Of a DNA stretch of 64,000 nt, positions 51,733 to 61,018 are shown piece after piece (position 1 is the stretch's first letter; each line of letters begins with the position of its first letter). The translations under genes were made by a program, and so were the position numbers. The stretch comes from an uncultured Gemmatimonadales bacterium (GTDB lineage: Bacteria > Gemmatimonadota > Gemmatimonadetes > Gemmatimonadales > Gemmatimonadaceae): positions 4,576,001-4,640,000 of the forward strand of contig OY969695.1 of NCBI GenBank assembly GCA_963701965.1. Direction: 5' to 3'. The notes beneath the pieces were generated by a model. That model was not told the DNA's origin and ran no database searches. It was given only the letters and a program-made list of their open reading frames with translations.

Positions 51733-54509
51733 GGATGCTGGCGGGCGACGATGATGATCGTCGCGAGGCTCCCGACGACTTGCGCCGCAAGCAAGAGGTA
51801 CTGGGCGGTTTGGACTTCGTTCGCGCGGAACTCCTTCTCGGGAACGTAGACCGCGGCGCCGGGTTTTGGCTGGGGCACGTTGTCGGGCAACAAGAAGTGG
51901 TGGTTGATCGCCTGTACCTTCCCGTTGGGTTGCGTCACATACGCGCGTCCCACATCGGCCTTGCGGCCCGGTCCGCCCGCCGCGCGGATGTAGTAGTTGA
52001 TGTCTTGGCCCGATACGTAGGCGATGGCCGTCGGCGCGTTGACCTCGCCCGCCACCCGCACGATGCCACTATAGGTCGGCACGAACAACGAATCGCCATC
52101 CTGAAGGATGAGGTTGTCGCGTGACTTGGGATCGTCGAGTGCCGCGGGCAGGTCGGCGCCAACGCGCCCGGTCCGGTCCAGGTGTCGGTAGAGCATCATG
52201 CCTTCGGCGTACGCGGCTTTGGTCACGCCGCCCGCGCGCCCAATGACATCACTCAAGCGCTCCGTCTTTCGCGTGAGCGTGTAGCGGCCAGGGAACGCGA
52301 CTTCTCCGCCCACGACCACGGTACGCGGGAGCTGGAAGTCCGGTTCGCGCAGGATCAATACGTTGTCGTACGGCTGCAACGTCACTTCCGGAGCCCCCGC
52401 CGCCGCAACCTGTACGCCCGGTGGACCGCGATAGGCGGCGGCTCCGTTCCGCTCGAACAAGTACGTCGAGTCGAGCGGCACGCGAATCGTCGTCGCCGTC
52501 ACTCCACCAGCGCGGTTCTCCGGCAACCGGGCGATCTCCGCTTCCTGCAAATAGGCCCCGTCCGTCACGCCGCCGGCGAGCAGCACGATGTCGCGCATGG
52601 TCATGCCATCGTGATACTGAAACCGCCCGCTTTTCCGCACAGCACCCGCGATGGCCACGTAGCGCCGCGGCCGAAAGTCCCGCACCGAAAAGATCCGAAT
52701 GTCGTCGTCTTCTTTCAGGAAAATGTCGTCGGTCGGCGTGCCACTCGTATCCCGGAGCGCCGAGCGCAGCTGCTGTCGCGTCGAGTCGGGTTGCATGCGC
52801 GCGATGAGCACCTGACCCAGGTAGGCGTCGGGCTTGACGCCGCCGGCGACCTTGAGCGCGTCGGACAGGCGCATGCCTGGCGCCAAGCCCTGCGGCCCTG
52901 GCTGCCAGACATCGCCGCTCACGGTGATCCGGTCGTGCACGCGCGGCGCGATCGCGAAGACCCGGACACTGTCGCCCGGAAAGAGGGGAAGGGCGGGACC
53001 CGTCGCGGTGTCGAGCTGATCCGAGGACACGTCGATCACGACGCGATCGTGCCCACCGAGTCCGCGCTGGTCGGGCGGGAGGATGCGGGTGATCTGCACG
53101 AAGCGGCGCGAGGCGCCGGCTTGAAACCCACCGGCGTCGCGCAACGCGTCCCGGAGGGTCTCCCCCGGCATCAGTTCGTAGACGGCCGGCCGGATGACCT
53201 CGCCCGCCACCTTGACTTGCGGACCGTGGACCGGCACGAACACGACGTCGCCACTCTGCAACCGGGTGTCGTGCAATGCATCACCATGGAGCAGGTAGTC
53301 GTACACGTCCAGGGAATCGACGAGCGCGCCGCCCCGTCGGATCAACACACGTCGCAGCGAACCGTTGAGGGTCGGGCCACCCGCGGCATAGATCGCGGTC
53401 AACGCCGTACCGGCGCTCGAGATCTGGTAGCTACCCGGTTCCTTGACATCGCCGACCACGTAGACCTGGTTGCTGCGCAGCCGGGCGACGCTCACCGAGA
53501 AGTGTGTCGTGGCGCCAGGGCCCCGCTTGACACCCGAGTACACGCGACCGAGGCGTGCATACAGCACGTCATCGAGCTGGGCGAGCGTCAGATTGTTGAC
53601 GTTGACCTGTCCAACCTGCGGTATGACGACGAACCCTTCGCGCGTGACCATGAGCGGATCGGCGTGTTCGACGTCGCCCGTGAGGATCAGCACCAGCTGG
53701 TCACCCGGGCCAAGCTTGTAGTTCGCGTCGATTGGTCCGGCGAGATTGGGTTGGAAGAGATTCTTGCCCCGCTGTCGAAACAGATTCAACCCGAAGATGT
53801 CGAGCGTGGGCGGCAGAGGAGGGCCGCGCAGGATGCGCCGTCGCATGAACGCGTTGGCGTACGCCGTGTCGGTCACCAGCCCGCGGTTTCGTGGGTTGGC
53901 GGTGACCGCCCCCAACACCGTACCAGCGAGTGGACCCTTACTGTTGCGGTCGATCGCCATCGAGTCCGACTCGGCCATCGTCGCCGAGTCAGCAAGGGAG
54001 TCGAACACATAGGGGTCCGGCAATTTTGGGGCGGCGCGCTCGGCGGCGCGCGCCCGGGTCAGGCTATCGTAGTACGCGCGATAGTAGGCCTCGTAATAGG
54101 CGGAGTCGCTCGTGTCCGCCCCCATGCGCTGCATCCCGGGACGACCATTCCGGAGCGCGATCGAATCGATCCCGCTCGTGGGCATGGTGTCGGTGGCCGT
54201 GGAGTCGACGAGGCCAAGGAGGGAGACGGCGTCGAGTTGGTCCTCAGTCGGCACCGAGTCAGTCGGGGTCCCACGTCCCAGGTATCCGTTGAGCAGACTC
54301 TCGGGATATCCGGCCGCGCGCAAACGCGCGCGAATCTGGTCGGGGGTCAAGCCACTCTGCTGAATCTTGGCCTGGAGCTGCCCACCCAGGTTCTGATTCT
54401 GGAGCTGTTGAAGTTGTGCCGGCGAAGGCGAGCCACCGGGAACCTGCGCGGACAGCCGTCCAACGCCGCACGCGATGCCGGCCACTACGATCAGCGACCG
54501 CAGTTGCAA
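51729..54509 (-). CDS. Large Wza/KpsD-like polysaccharide export protein with multiple SLBB domains
   Basis: Signal peptide, YKLGPGDQL, repeated V.GEV..PG.Y / AGG motifs, C-terminal hydrophobic helix. Confidence 0.92.
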   Translation of the reverse strand: MQLRSLIVVAGIACGVGRLSAQVPGGSPSPAQLQQLQNQNLGGQLQAKIQQSGLTPDQIRARLRAAGYPESLLNGYLGRGTPTDSVPTEDQLDAVSLLGLVDSTATDTMPTSGIDSIALRNGRPGMQRMGADTSDSAYYEAYYRAYYDSLTRARAAERAAPKLPDPYVFDSLADSATMAESDSMAIDRNSKGPLAGTVLGAVTANPRNRGLVTDTAYANAFMRRRILRGPPLPPTLDIFGLNLFRQRGKNLFQPNLAGPIDANYKLGPGDQLVLILTGDVEHADPLMVTREGFVVIPQVGQVNVNNLTLAQLDDVLYARLGRVYSGVKRGPGATTHFSVSVARLRSNQVYVVGDVKEPGSYQISSAGTALTAIYAAGGPTLNGSLRRVLIRRGGALVDSLDVYDYLLHGDALHDTRLQSGDVVFVPVHGPQVKVAGEVIRPAVYELMPGETLRDALRDAGGFQAGASRRFVQITRILPPDQRGLGGHDRVVIDVSSDQLDTATGPALPLFPGDSVRVFAIAPRVHDRITVSGDVWQPGPQGLAPGMRLSDALKVAGGVKPDAYLGQVLIARMQPDSTRQQLRSALRDTSGTPTDDIFLKEDDDIRIFSVRDFRPRRYVAIAGAVRKSGRFQYHDGMTMRDIVLLAGGVTDGAYLQEAEIARLPENRAGGVTATTIRVPLDSTYLFERNGAAAYRGPPGVQVAAAGAPEVTLQPYDNVLILREPDFQLPRTVVVGGEVAFPGRYTLTRKTERLSDVIGRAGGVTKAAYAEGMMLYRHLDRTGRVGADLPAALDDPKSRDNLILQDGDSLFVPTYSGIVRVAGEVNAPTAIAYVSGQDINYYIRAAGGPGRKADVGRAYVTQPNGKVQAINHHFLLPDNVPQPKPGAAVYVPEKEFRANEVQTAQYLLLAAQVVGSLATIIIVARQHP

Positions 54510-54578
54510 ATGTACCTGCGCATAGGAAAGGGTACGGGACTCGAAAGCGCCAGCGCGACGCGACGGGGGTGGAGAGCA

Positions 54579-54652
54579 TGGTCGCGCAGGGACTCGAACC
54601 CCGGACCTCTGGTATGTGAGACCAGCGCTCTAACCAGCTGAGCTACGCGACC
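54579..54652 (-). tRNA. tRNA-Val(CAC), CCA not encoded
   Basis: GGTCGCG/CGCGACC acceptor stem, CTGGT-CT CAC AT-ACCAG anticodon arm, GGTTCGAG T-loop. Confidence 0.96.
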
Positions 54653-54666
54653 GCGAAACAAGACTA

Positions 54667-54695
54667 ATTGTACGGTATATGCGGGACGGGGCCAA
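54667..54695 (-). promoter_or_regulatory. Candidate sigma70 promoter of tRNA-Val
   Basis: TTGGCC-17 nt-TACAAT on the minus strand, 14 nt before the tRNA. Confidence 0.65.
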
Positions 54696-54811
54696 GGGTA
54701 GCGGGGGCTCCCCTTCTCGCGCGCAAAGTGTAATATCGAGCGCAGCGCGCGGGTAGTCGGGACCTGCGCTGGCGAGAAGCCAACCCTTCTTTGCCCCTCA
54801 CGGAGGCTCGC

Positions 54812-56194
54812 ATGCCGGTGTTCACGTTCCTCGATCGCGATCATGCGATCGCTGGGCCCGGGTATTCGCGCTGGTTGGTACCGCCGGCGGCGCTGGCGAT
54901 TCACCTCTGCATCGGACAGGTCTACGCGCTGAGCGTGTTCAAGATCCCGCTGTCGCAACTGATCGGGAATTCGCCGAGTGCGCCGGGGAATTGGTCCCAG
55001 GGGACGATTTCCCATCTCTTCCAGGTCGCCATCGTCTTTCTCGGCTTGTCGGCCGCGATCTTCGGCGCGTGGCTCGAACGCGTGGGTCCGCGCCGCGCGA
55101 TGTTCACGTCCGCCCTGTGTTTTTCCGGCGGGTTTCTGGTGGGTGCGCTGGGCATCGCGCTGCATCAGTTCTGGCTGGTCATTCTGGGATATGGCGTCCT
55201 GGGAGGCATCGGCCTCGGCATCGGATACATCTCGCCCGTTTCGACGCTGATTAAATGGTTTCCGGACCGCCCGGGTATGGCCACCGGTCTCGCGATCATG
55301 GGCTTCGGCGGCGGCGCGTTGATTGCCTCGCCGCTCTCCGTTGGCCTGATGAGCTTCTATCGCACGGCCGGGTCGCAGGGTGTCTTGGAAACGTGGGTGA
55401 CGATGGGGATCCTGTACTTCGTCTTCATGATGTTCGGGGTCTTCACCGTCCGCTTGCCGGCGCCGGGGTGGGCGCCTGTTGGATACTCGGGGGGATCGAC
55501 CGGGCGCATGATCACCCGGGCGAATGTCACGGTCAACGACGCGATGCGCACGCCCCAGTTCTATCTCCTGTGGATCATGCTGTGCGTGAACGTCACGGCC
55601 GGGATCGGCGTGATCGAGCAAGCGTCGCCGATGATCCAGGAACTGTTCCCCGGCGTCATCACGGCGGCGGCCGCGGCCGGATTCGTCGGTGTGCTGAGTC
55701 TCGCCAACATGTCCGGACGATTCCTATGGTCCAGCTTCTCCAATGTCATCGGGCGACGGGCGACATTCGCGACGTTCTTCGCGCTGGGGGCGGTCTTGTA
55801 TTGGGCGATTCCCCTCGCGGGGCACACTGGGAAGGTCTGGCTCTTCGTGCTCATCGGCGTGGTGGTCCTGACCATGTACGGCGGTGGGTTCGCGACCATT
55901 CCGGCGTATCTGCGCGACATGTTCGGCACCATGCAGGTGGGCGCCATCCACGGCCGACTCTTGACGGCGTGGTCGATCGCGGGCGTCTTGGGTCCGCTCA
56001 TCGTGAATCGCCTTCGGCAGTCGCAAATCGACGCCGGCGTGGCCAAGTCGGATGCCTATACTCTGAGCATGCACCTCATGGCCGGCCTGCTATGCGTCGG
56101 CTTCGTCGCCAATCTCTTCGTCCAGCCGGTCGACGCCCGCCATCACGCCGACCGCGTGGTGGGCCCGTCCAAGGCCGTGGGGGCCACGCAATGA
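54812..56194 (+). CDS. OFA (oxalate/formate antiporter-like) MFS transporter
   Basis: RWLVPPAALAIHLCIGQVYA, KWFPDRPGMATG, YGGGFATIPAY. Confidence 0.92.
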   Translation: MPVFTFLDRDHAIAGPGYSRWLVPPAALAIHLCIGQVYALSVFKIPLSQLIGNSPSAPGNWSQGTISHLFQVAIVFLGLSAAIFGAWLERVGPRRAMFTSALCFSGGFLVGALGIALHQFWLVILGYGVLGGIGLGIGYISPVSTLIKWFPDRPGMATGLAIMGFGGGALIASPLSVGLMSFYRTAGSQGVLETWVTMGILYFVFMMFGVFTVRLPAPGWAPVGYSGGSTGRMITRANVTVNDAMRTPQFYLLWIMLCVNVTAGIGVIEQASPMIQELFPGVITAAAAAGFVGVLSLANMSGRFLWSSFSNVIGRRATFATFFALGAVLYWAIPLAGHTGKVWLFVLIGVVVLTMYGGGFATIPAYLRDMFGTMQVGAIHGRLLTAWSIAGVLGPLIVNRLRQSQIDAGVAKSDAYTLSMHLMAGLLCVGFVANLFVQPVDARHHADRVVGPSKAVGATQ

Positions 56195-56289
56195 AAGGGC
56201 GACTCTGGGTGTCCTGGGCGGTCGTGGGGATTCCGCTGCTGTGGGGCATCGTCGAAGTGGTCAAGAAGTCGCTGGCGCTGTTCCAGTAG
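56191..56289 (+). CDS. 32-aa single-TM partner of the OFA transporter
   Basis: ATGA overlap; MKGRLWVSWAVVGIPLLWGIVEVVKKSLALFQ. Confidence 0.8.
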   Translation: MKGRLWVSWAVVGIPLLWGIVEVVKKSLALFQ

Positions 56290-57193
56290 ATTTTCGGGCG
56301 ACGATCCAAATCGCGTCGTAAATGTTGACCCCCGCCGCGGCCTGCAACCAGCCGCAGGCGGCGTACACGATCGCTTCTTTGATCCCTTTGACGCCCGCCG
56401 CGACGTAGAACGGATCGAGTCCGTTCTCGATCACCGTGAAACCCGTGGCCTCCAGGAAACGCTGGAGCACCTCGGGGGTGAAGTGCGAGAGATGGATCTC
56501 GTCCATCCCGCCCTCCAGCGTGATCCGCGGCAGGTCCGGGCTCGCGGCGGGCGCCGCGCCGTTCGACCGGACCCGCGCGAGGAGGCGCCCGAGCAGGCGC
56601 CGGATCTTGCGGGGCTTTCCGCGGAGCGACAGCACGTCGTTCGGGACGGCGATCACGACAACCCCGCCCGGCGCCAGGAGGGCGTAACAGCGCTCGATGA
56701 CCGAGCGAGGGTTGGGGACGTGCTCGAGGACGTGAAACAGCGTGATCGTGTCGAACTGGCGCCGTCCGAGTGGGGCGGTTTCGATCGGGCCCTCGGTGAG
56801 CGTCAGGCCGTACCGGTCCCGCGCAATGGCGATGGCACTCGTCGAGATCTCCGTGCCATGTATGTCGGTCGCTACGCGCCGCGCGTGGTGGAGGAACTGG
56901 CCAATGCCGGCGCCGACGTCGAGCAGCGACCCGCCCCGAGCATGTCGCGCGAGCTTTCGGACGCGCCGTTGCCAGAGCCGGTCGCGCGGCCGGGCGTCCC
57001 GCATCCACCCGTCGTACTTCGTCGGACGCGAGTAGAAGGCCGTGATCGCCAGGGTCGTGGGTCGTGGGCTGTCGAAAATGTAGCCGCACGCGCGACACGC
57101 GCACATGTTGGCTCCAGGATCGACGCTCGCCACGTCGCGGCTCCCACACAGCGCGCACACCGCGACGACTTCCAAATTCGCTTCCGTGCCCAT
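56261..57193 (-). CDS. Class I SAM methyltransferase with N-terminal zinc ribbon
   Basis: CALCG..CRACG, LLDVGAGIG, LFHVLEHV, IAVPN, HLSHF. Confidence 0.88.
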   Translation of the reverse strand: MGTEANLEVVAVCALCGSRDVASVDPGANMCACRACGYIFDSPRPTTLAITAFYSRPTKYDGWMRDARPRDRLWQRRVRKLARHARGGSLLDVGAGIGQFLHHARRVATDIHGTEISTSAIAIARDRYGLTLTEGPIETAPLGRRQFDTITLFHVLEHVPNPRSVIERCYALLAPGGVVVIAVPNDVLSLRGKPRKIRRLLGRLLARVRSNGAAPAASPDLPRITLEGGMDEIHLSHFTPEVLQRFLEATGFTVIENGLDPFYVAAGVKGIKEAIVYAACGWLQAAAGVNIYDAIWIVARKSTGTAPATS

Positions 57194-57195
57194 AA

Positions 57196-57269
57196 TGCGC
57201 CCTGCAGGGCTTGAACCTGCGACCGTCGGATTATGAGTCCGCTGCTCTAACCAGCTGAGCTAAGGGCGC
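57196..57269 (-). tRNA. tRNA with CAT anticodon, most likely tRNA-Ile2 (lysidine); CCA not encoded
   Basis: GCGCCCT/AGGGCGC stem (C4-G69, C5-G68), CT CAT AA loop, GGTTCAAG; G1-C72 argues against an initiator. Confidence 0.9.
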
Positions 57270-57302
57270 GCATCGAGAGGTTATCCGGCGCTTCAGGCCT
57301 GG

Positions 57303-58301
57303 TCAAGCCGAGTGTTGATGATGATCGTCGAACGCCTCCATGACCTCCGCCGCCGACACCGTCGCGGCGCCGAGCTTCCCGACCTCGACGCCGGCCGCAT
57401 AGTTGGCGATGATCGCCGCCTCGACGGGTGTGGCGCCCCCGGCAAGCGTGGCCGCCAGGTACGCGGTCACCGTGTCGCCGGCGCCGACGACGTCATAGAC
57501 GGCGCGCGCCGTCGTCGGCACGCGATGCGACGAGCCATCGGGCTCGATCAGCACCATGCCGCGCTCGCCGAGCGTCAGCAGGAGGTGGCGCACGCCGAGA
57601 CGGTCCAACGTCGCGTGCAGCGCGGCGGGTGCGTCCAGGTCGACCGCGGCGCCGAGGGCACTCTCCAACTCGCGGCGGTTCGGCTTGAAAATGGTTGCCC
57701 CGCCGTACTGGAAGAAATTCCGGTACTTGGGATCGACCACGACCGGAATGCCGCGCGCCGTCGCGGCGTCGACGGCGGCGCGGATGACTCGGGGCACGAG
57801 AACGCCCTTGTTGTAATCCTCGAGCACCACGGCGTCCGCATCGGCGACGGCTTGGCGCACCGCTTCCAACAGGCGCTCGACCTCGTCGCCCGCGATGTCC
57901 GTGTCCTCTTCCTCGTCGAACCGTACGACCTGTTGCACGCGTGCCAGCACCCGGGTCTTGGTCGTGGTGGGCCGGGCGACCGACACCAGCGCCCGTGGAT
58001 CCGCGGGAAGCGCGACCATCATCGCCCGCACCGCCATTCCGGGAACGTCGTCCCCGATGGCGGCGACCAGCTCGCACCCGGCGCCGAGGGCGACCACATT
58101 CTGCGCGACGTTGGCGGCGCCGCCGAGCGCCTGCAGGCGCTCCCGCACGCGGACGACAGGAACGGGGGCCTCCGGCGAGATGCGGTCGACGTCGCCCCGA
58201 AGGTACACATCCAGCATCGCGTCACCGATCACCGCCACCCGGACGCGCCGCGCCCGATCCAGCAGTGCGGTGAGTCGCGCGCGCGCGATCAATGGTGGCA
58301 T
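57303..58301 (-). CDS. hldA: Heptose-7-phosphate kinase (HldA/RfaE domain I, PfkB fold)
   Basis: RISPEAPVPV, GGAANVA, DYNKG, VDPK, KPNRRE, DVVGAGDTV. Confidence 0.9.
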   Translation of the reverse strand: MPPLIARARLTALLDRARRVRVAVIGDAMLDVYLRGDVDRISPEAPVPVVRVRERLQALGGAANVAQNVVALGAGCELVAAIGDDVPGMAVRAMMVALPADPRALVSVARPTTTKTRVLARVQQVVRFDEEEDTDIAGDEVERLLEAVRQAVADADAVVLEDYNKGVLVPRVIRAAVDAATARGIPVVVDPKYRNFFQYGGATIFKPNRRELESALGAAVDLDAPAALHATLDRLGVRHLLLTLGERGMVLIEPDGSSHRVPTTARAVYDVVGAGDTVTAYLAATLAGGATPVEAAIIANYAAGVEVGKLGAATVSAAEVMEAFDDHHQHSA

Positions 58302-58385
58302 GCGGGAGGGTAAATCATGCGCCGGCATCGGCACAAGGCTTGCCTGTCCTATATTGGAGCCGTGGGAGCCTCCTCGTCGTCGGTC

Positions 58386-59183
58386 ATGTCGCGGCTGAAC
58401 AATGCCGCGAAAAACCGCGTCCTTGTCATACAGAACTTCGCGCTACTGGCCTGGAATGCCACGCGCTTCATTTTCGCGCGCCCCTTCTACGCCGTGGACG
58501 TCGTGCAGCAGATGGATTCCATCGGCGTGGACTCCCTCGGCATCGTGCTGCTGACGGGATTCTTCACCGGGATGGTCCTGGCGCTCCAGTCGTCCAACAG
58601 CTTGGCGGGATTCGGCGCGACGCTATACGTGGGCCGCCTGGTGACCGCGTCAATGATTCGCGAGTTGGGACCGGTGCTCGCTGGCCTCATGGTGGCGGGA
58701 CGCGTGGGGTCCGGCATCGCCGCCGAGATCGGCTCGATGCGGGTCACCGAACAGATCGACGCCCTCAACACCCTGGGCACCGATCCGATCAAAAAACTGG
58801 TGACGCCGCGCCTCATCGCCGCGCTCATCATGCTGCCCGTGCTCACCACGATCAACGACGTCGTCGGCATCGTCGGCGGCAACGTCATCGGCTCCGTGGT
58901 CGTGGGCGTGCCCTCGTCGCTGTATTGGCATACGGTGTGGCAGCAAATCGCCTCCGATGGATTCGTCCTGCGATTCGTGCCGGAGGACTTCATCCAAGGA
59001 CTGGTCAAGCCGTTTCTGTTCGGCGGCATCATCGCCCTGTCCGGCGCCTATCACGGCCTGGCGACCACGGGCGGCACCGAAGGCGTAGGGTTGAGCACGA
59101 CGCGCACGGTCGTTTCGGCCAGCATCGGGATCCTGATCGTCGACTACTTCGTCACCCAGCTGCTGCTCACCATCCTGCCGTGA
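58386..59183 (+). CDS. mlaE: MlaE-family ABC permease
   Basis: IRELGPVL, AAEIGSMRVTEQIDAL, GGTEGVG..TT.TVV. Confidence 0.92.
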   Translation: MSRLNNAAKNRVLVIQNFALLAWNATRFIFARPFYAVDVVQQMDSIGVDSLGIVLLTGFFTGMVLALQSSNSLAGFGATLYVGRLVTASMIRELGPVLAGLMVAGRVGSGIAAEIGSMRVTEQIDALNTLGTDPIKKLVTPRLIAALIMLPVLTTINDVVGIVGGNVIGSVVVGVPSSLYWHTVWQQIASDGFVLRFVPEDFIQGLVKPFLFGGIIALSGAYHGLATTGGTEGVGLSTTRTVVSASIGILIVDYFVTQLLLTILP

Positions 59184-60013
59184 GTGACGCCGAACCGCCC
59201 CGGGCCGCCGTCGTGCGCCGCGCGATCCGCCGCGAGCTGGCCGCCGATCAGGAACCGGCGCCGGACACGGCGGGCCAGGACCAACCCGTCGTGTCGCTGG
59301 AGCACATCTCCCTGGCCTTCGAGACGCCGGTCCTCGAGGACGTCTCGTTCGTCGCCCGGTCCGGCGAGACCATCGCCGTGGTCGGCGAGTCGGGGACCGG
59401 CAAATCCACGCTGCTCAAGCTCATTCTGCGGTTACTCGTCCCCGACGACGGACGCGTGCTGATCCGCGGTCAGGACATCACGCACCTGGACTTCGAGGAG
59501 GCGTTGAAGGTCCGCCAGCAAATGGGCATGGTGTTTCAGGGCTCGGCGCTGTTCGACTCGATGACGGTGTTCGAGAACATCGCCTATCCCCTGCGCGAGC
59601 ACACGACGATGAGCGAGGACGAAATCGACGCCCGGGTGCGTGAAAAACTGTCGTTCGTCGATCTGGAGGTGGACCGCGTGATGCCGCTGCTGCCCTCGGA
59701 GCTGTCGGGGGGCATGCGGAAGCGCGTGGGCATCGCCCGCGCCATGGCCAACAACGCGCCGATCATGCTCTACGACGAGCCGACGTCGGGCCTCGATCCG
59801 CTCACGACCGGCACCATCACGCGGCTCATCATGAAACTCCAACGCGAGCTGGGCGTGACCAGCGTGGTCGTCACGCACGACATTCGATCGGCCAACCGCA
59901 TGGCCAGCGCCATCGCGCTGCTGCACGAACATTCCATCGCGTTCTTTGGCACGCCGGAAGAGATGGCGGCCAACGACAACCCGTACATCCGCGACTTTCT
60001 CGGGGGCCTCTGA
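59180..60013 (+). CDS. mlaF: MlaF-family ABC ATPase
   Basis: GESGTGKS, ELSGGMRKRVGIARA, YDEPTSGLDP, VTHD. Confidence 0.93.
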   Translation: MSDAEPPRAAVVRRAIRRELAADQEPAPDTAGQDQPVVSLEHISLAFETPVLEDVSFVARSGETIAVVGESGTGKSTLLKLILRLLVPDDGRVLIRGQDITHLDFEEALKVRQQMGMVFQGSALFDSMTVFENIAYPLREHTTMSEDEIDARVREKLSFVDLEVDRVMPLLPSELSGGMRKRVGIARAMANNAPIMLYDEPTSGLDPLTTGTITRLIMKLQRELGVTSVVVTHDIRSANRMASAIALLHEHSIAFFGTPEEMAANDNPYIRDFLGGL

Positions 60014-60015
60014 CT

Positions 60016-60993
60016 ATGAAACGATCGACCAACATCTCCTGGGAGGAGTTGCGCGTGGGCGTCGTGATCTTGGTGGCGGTGGTCGCCGGGATCATCGCCA
60101 TGTTCAAGCTCGGCGAAGCGGCGAGCCTGTTCGCGTCCCGCTACACGCTGGTGGCCTATCTCAAGGACGCCAAGGGGATCGCCAAAGGTGGGGAAGTCAC
60201 CATCGACGGACAGACCGCCGGATCGATCCAGTCGATCGAGTTCCTGCCCGTGTCCAACGACACGACGCGCAACCTCAAGGTCGTCGTCGAGTTGGACAAG
60301 CGCCTGCAGGCGCAGGTGCGCGGTGACAGTCGCGCCACGTTGGCGCCGCTCGGATTGCTGGGGGACAAGATCTTCAACATCTCGTCGGGCACCGTGAAGT
60401 ACAACGTCCTCCGCCCCGGTGACGTCATTCCGCTCGGCAACTCGCTGGACTACGACCAGGTGCTGGCCCAGGCCGGCGCTGCCGTCAACGCGCTGGTGTC
60501 GCTGACGCAAGACCTCAAGTCGATCTCGGGCGGGATCATCAAGGGCGAGGGCACCATGGGGCAGCTCGTCACCAACCGCTCGCTGTACGACGCGCTGACG
60601 GGAACACTCCAACAAACCAACGCCCTCATCGCGCGCCTGGAAAACCGGCAGGGGACGATCGGCCATCTCATCAATGACCCGGCGCTCTATCAGAACCTGA
60701 CGGCGGCGGTGGCATCCATCGACTCGTTGGCGGCGGCGCTCACCTCGCGGCAGACCACGATCGGCCGCATGCTGCGCGACGATACGCTGTACACGCACTT
60801 GGTCAGCCTCACCGTCGGCGCCGACTCCCTCGTGCGGAACGTCGGCCAAGGCCAGGGTTTCGCCGGGAAGATGCTCCGCGACCAACAGCTCTACGACCAG
60901 TTACTGAAAGCGGTCACCGATCTCAACACGGTGCTGGCCGACGTGAAGCGCGACCCGAAGAAGTACACGCGAGGCCTGATCAAGGTCTTTTGA
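60016..60993 (+). CDS. mlaD: MlaD/MCE protein with helical extension
   Basis: N-terminal TM, GLLGDK, repeated GTxGxL..D..LY units. Confidence 0.9.
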   Translation: MKRSTNISWEELRVGVVILVAVVAGIIAMFKLGEAASLFASRYTLVAYLKDAKGIAKGGEVTIDGQTAGSIQSIEFLPVSNDTTRNLKVVVELDKRLQAQVRGDSRATLAPLGLLGDKIFNISSGTVKYNVLRPGDVIPLGNSLDYDQVLAQAGAAVNALVSLTQDLKSISGGIIKGEGTMGQLVTNRSLYDALTGTLQQTNALIARLENRQGTIGHLINDPALYQNLTAAVASIDSLAAALTSRQTTIGRMLRDDTLYTHLVSLTVGADSLVRNVGQGQGFAGKMLRDQQLYDQLLKAVTDLNTVLADVKRDPKKYTRGLIKVF

Positions 60994-61018
60994 TGGCGTT
61001 GTCGTTAAGTTGCCCCCC

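Noticed and set aside
34648..57269. Mobile genomic island integrated at the tRNAs
   Set aside because: No integrase or transposase, and no duplicated tRNA 3' end was found by eye.
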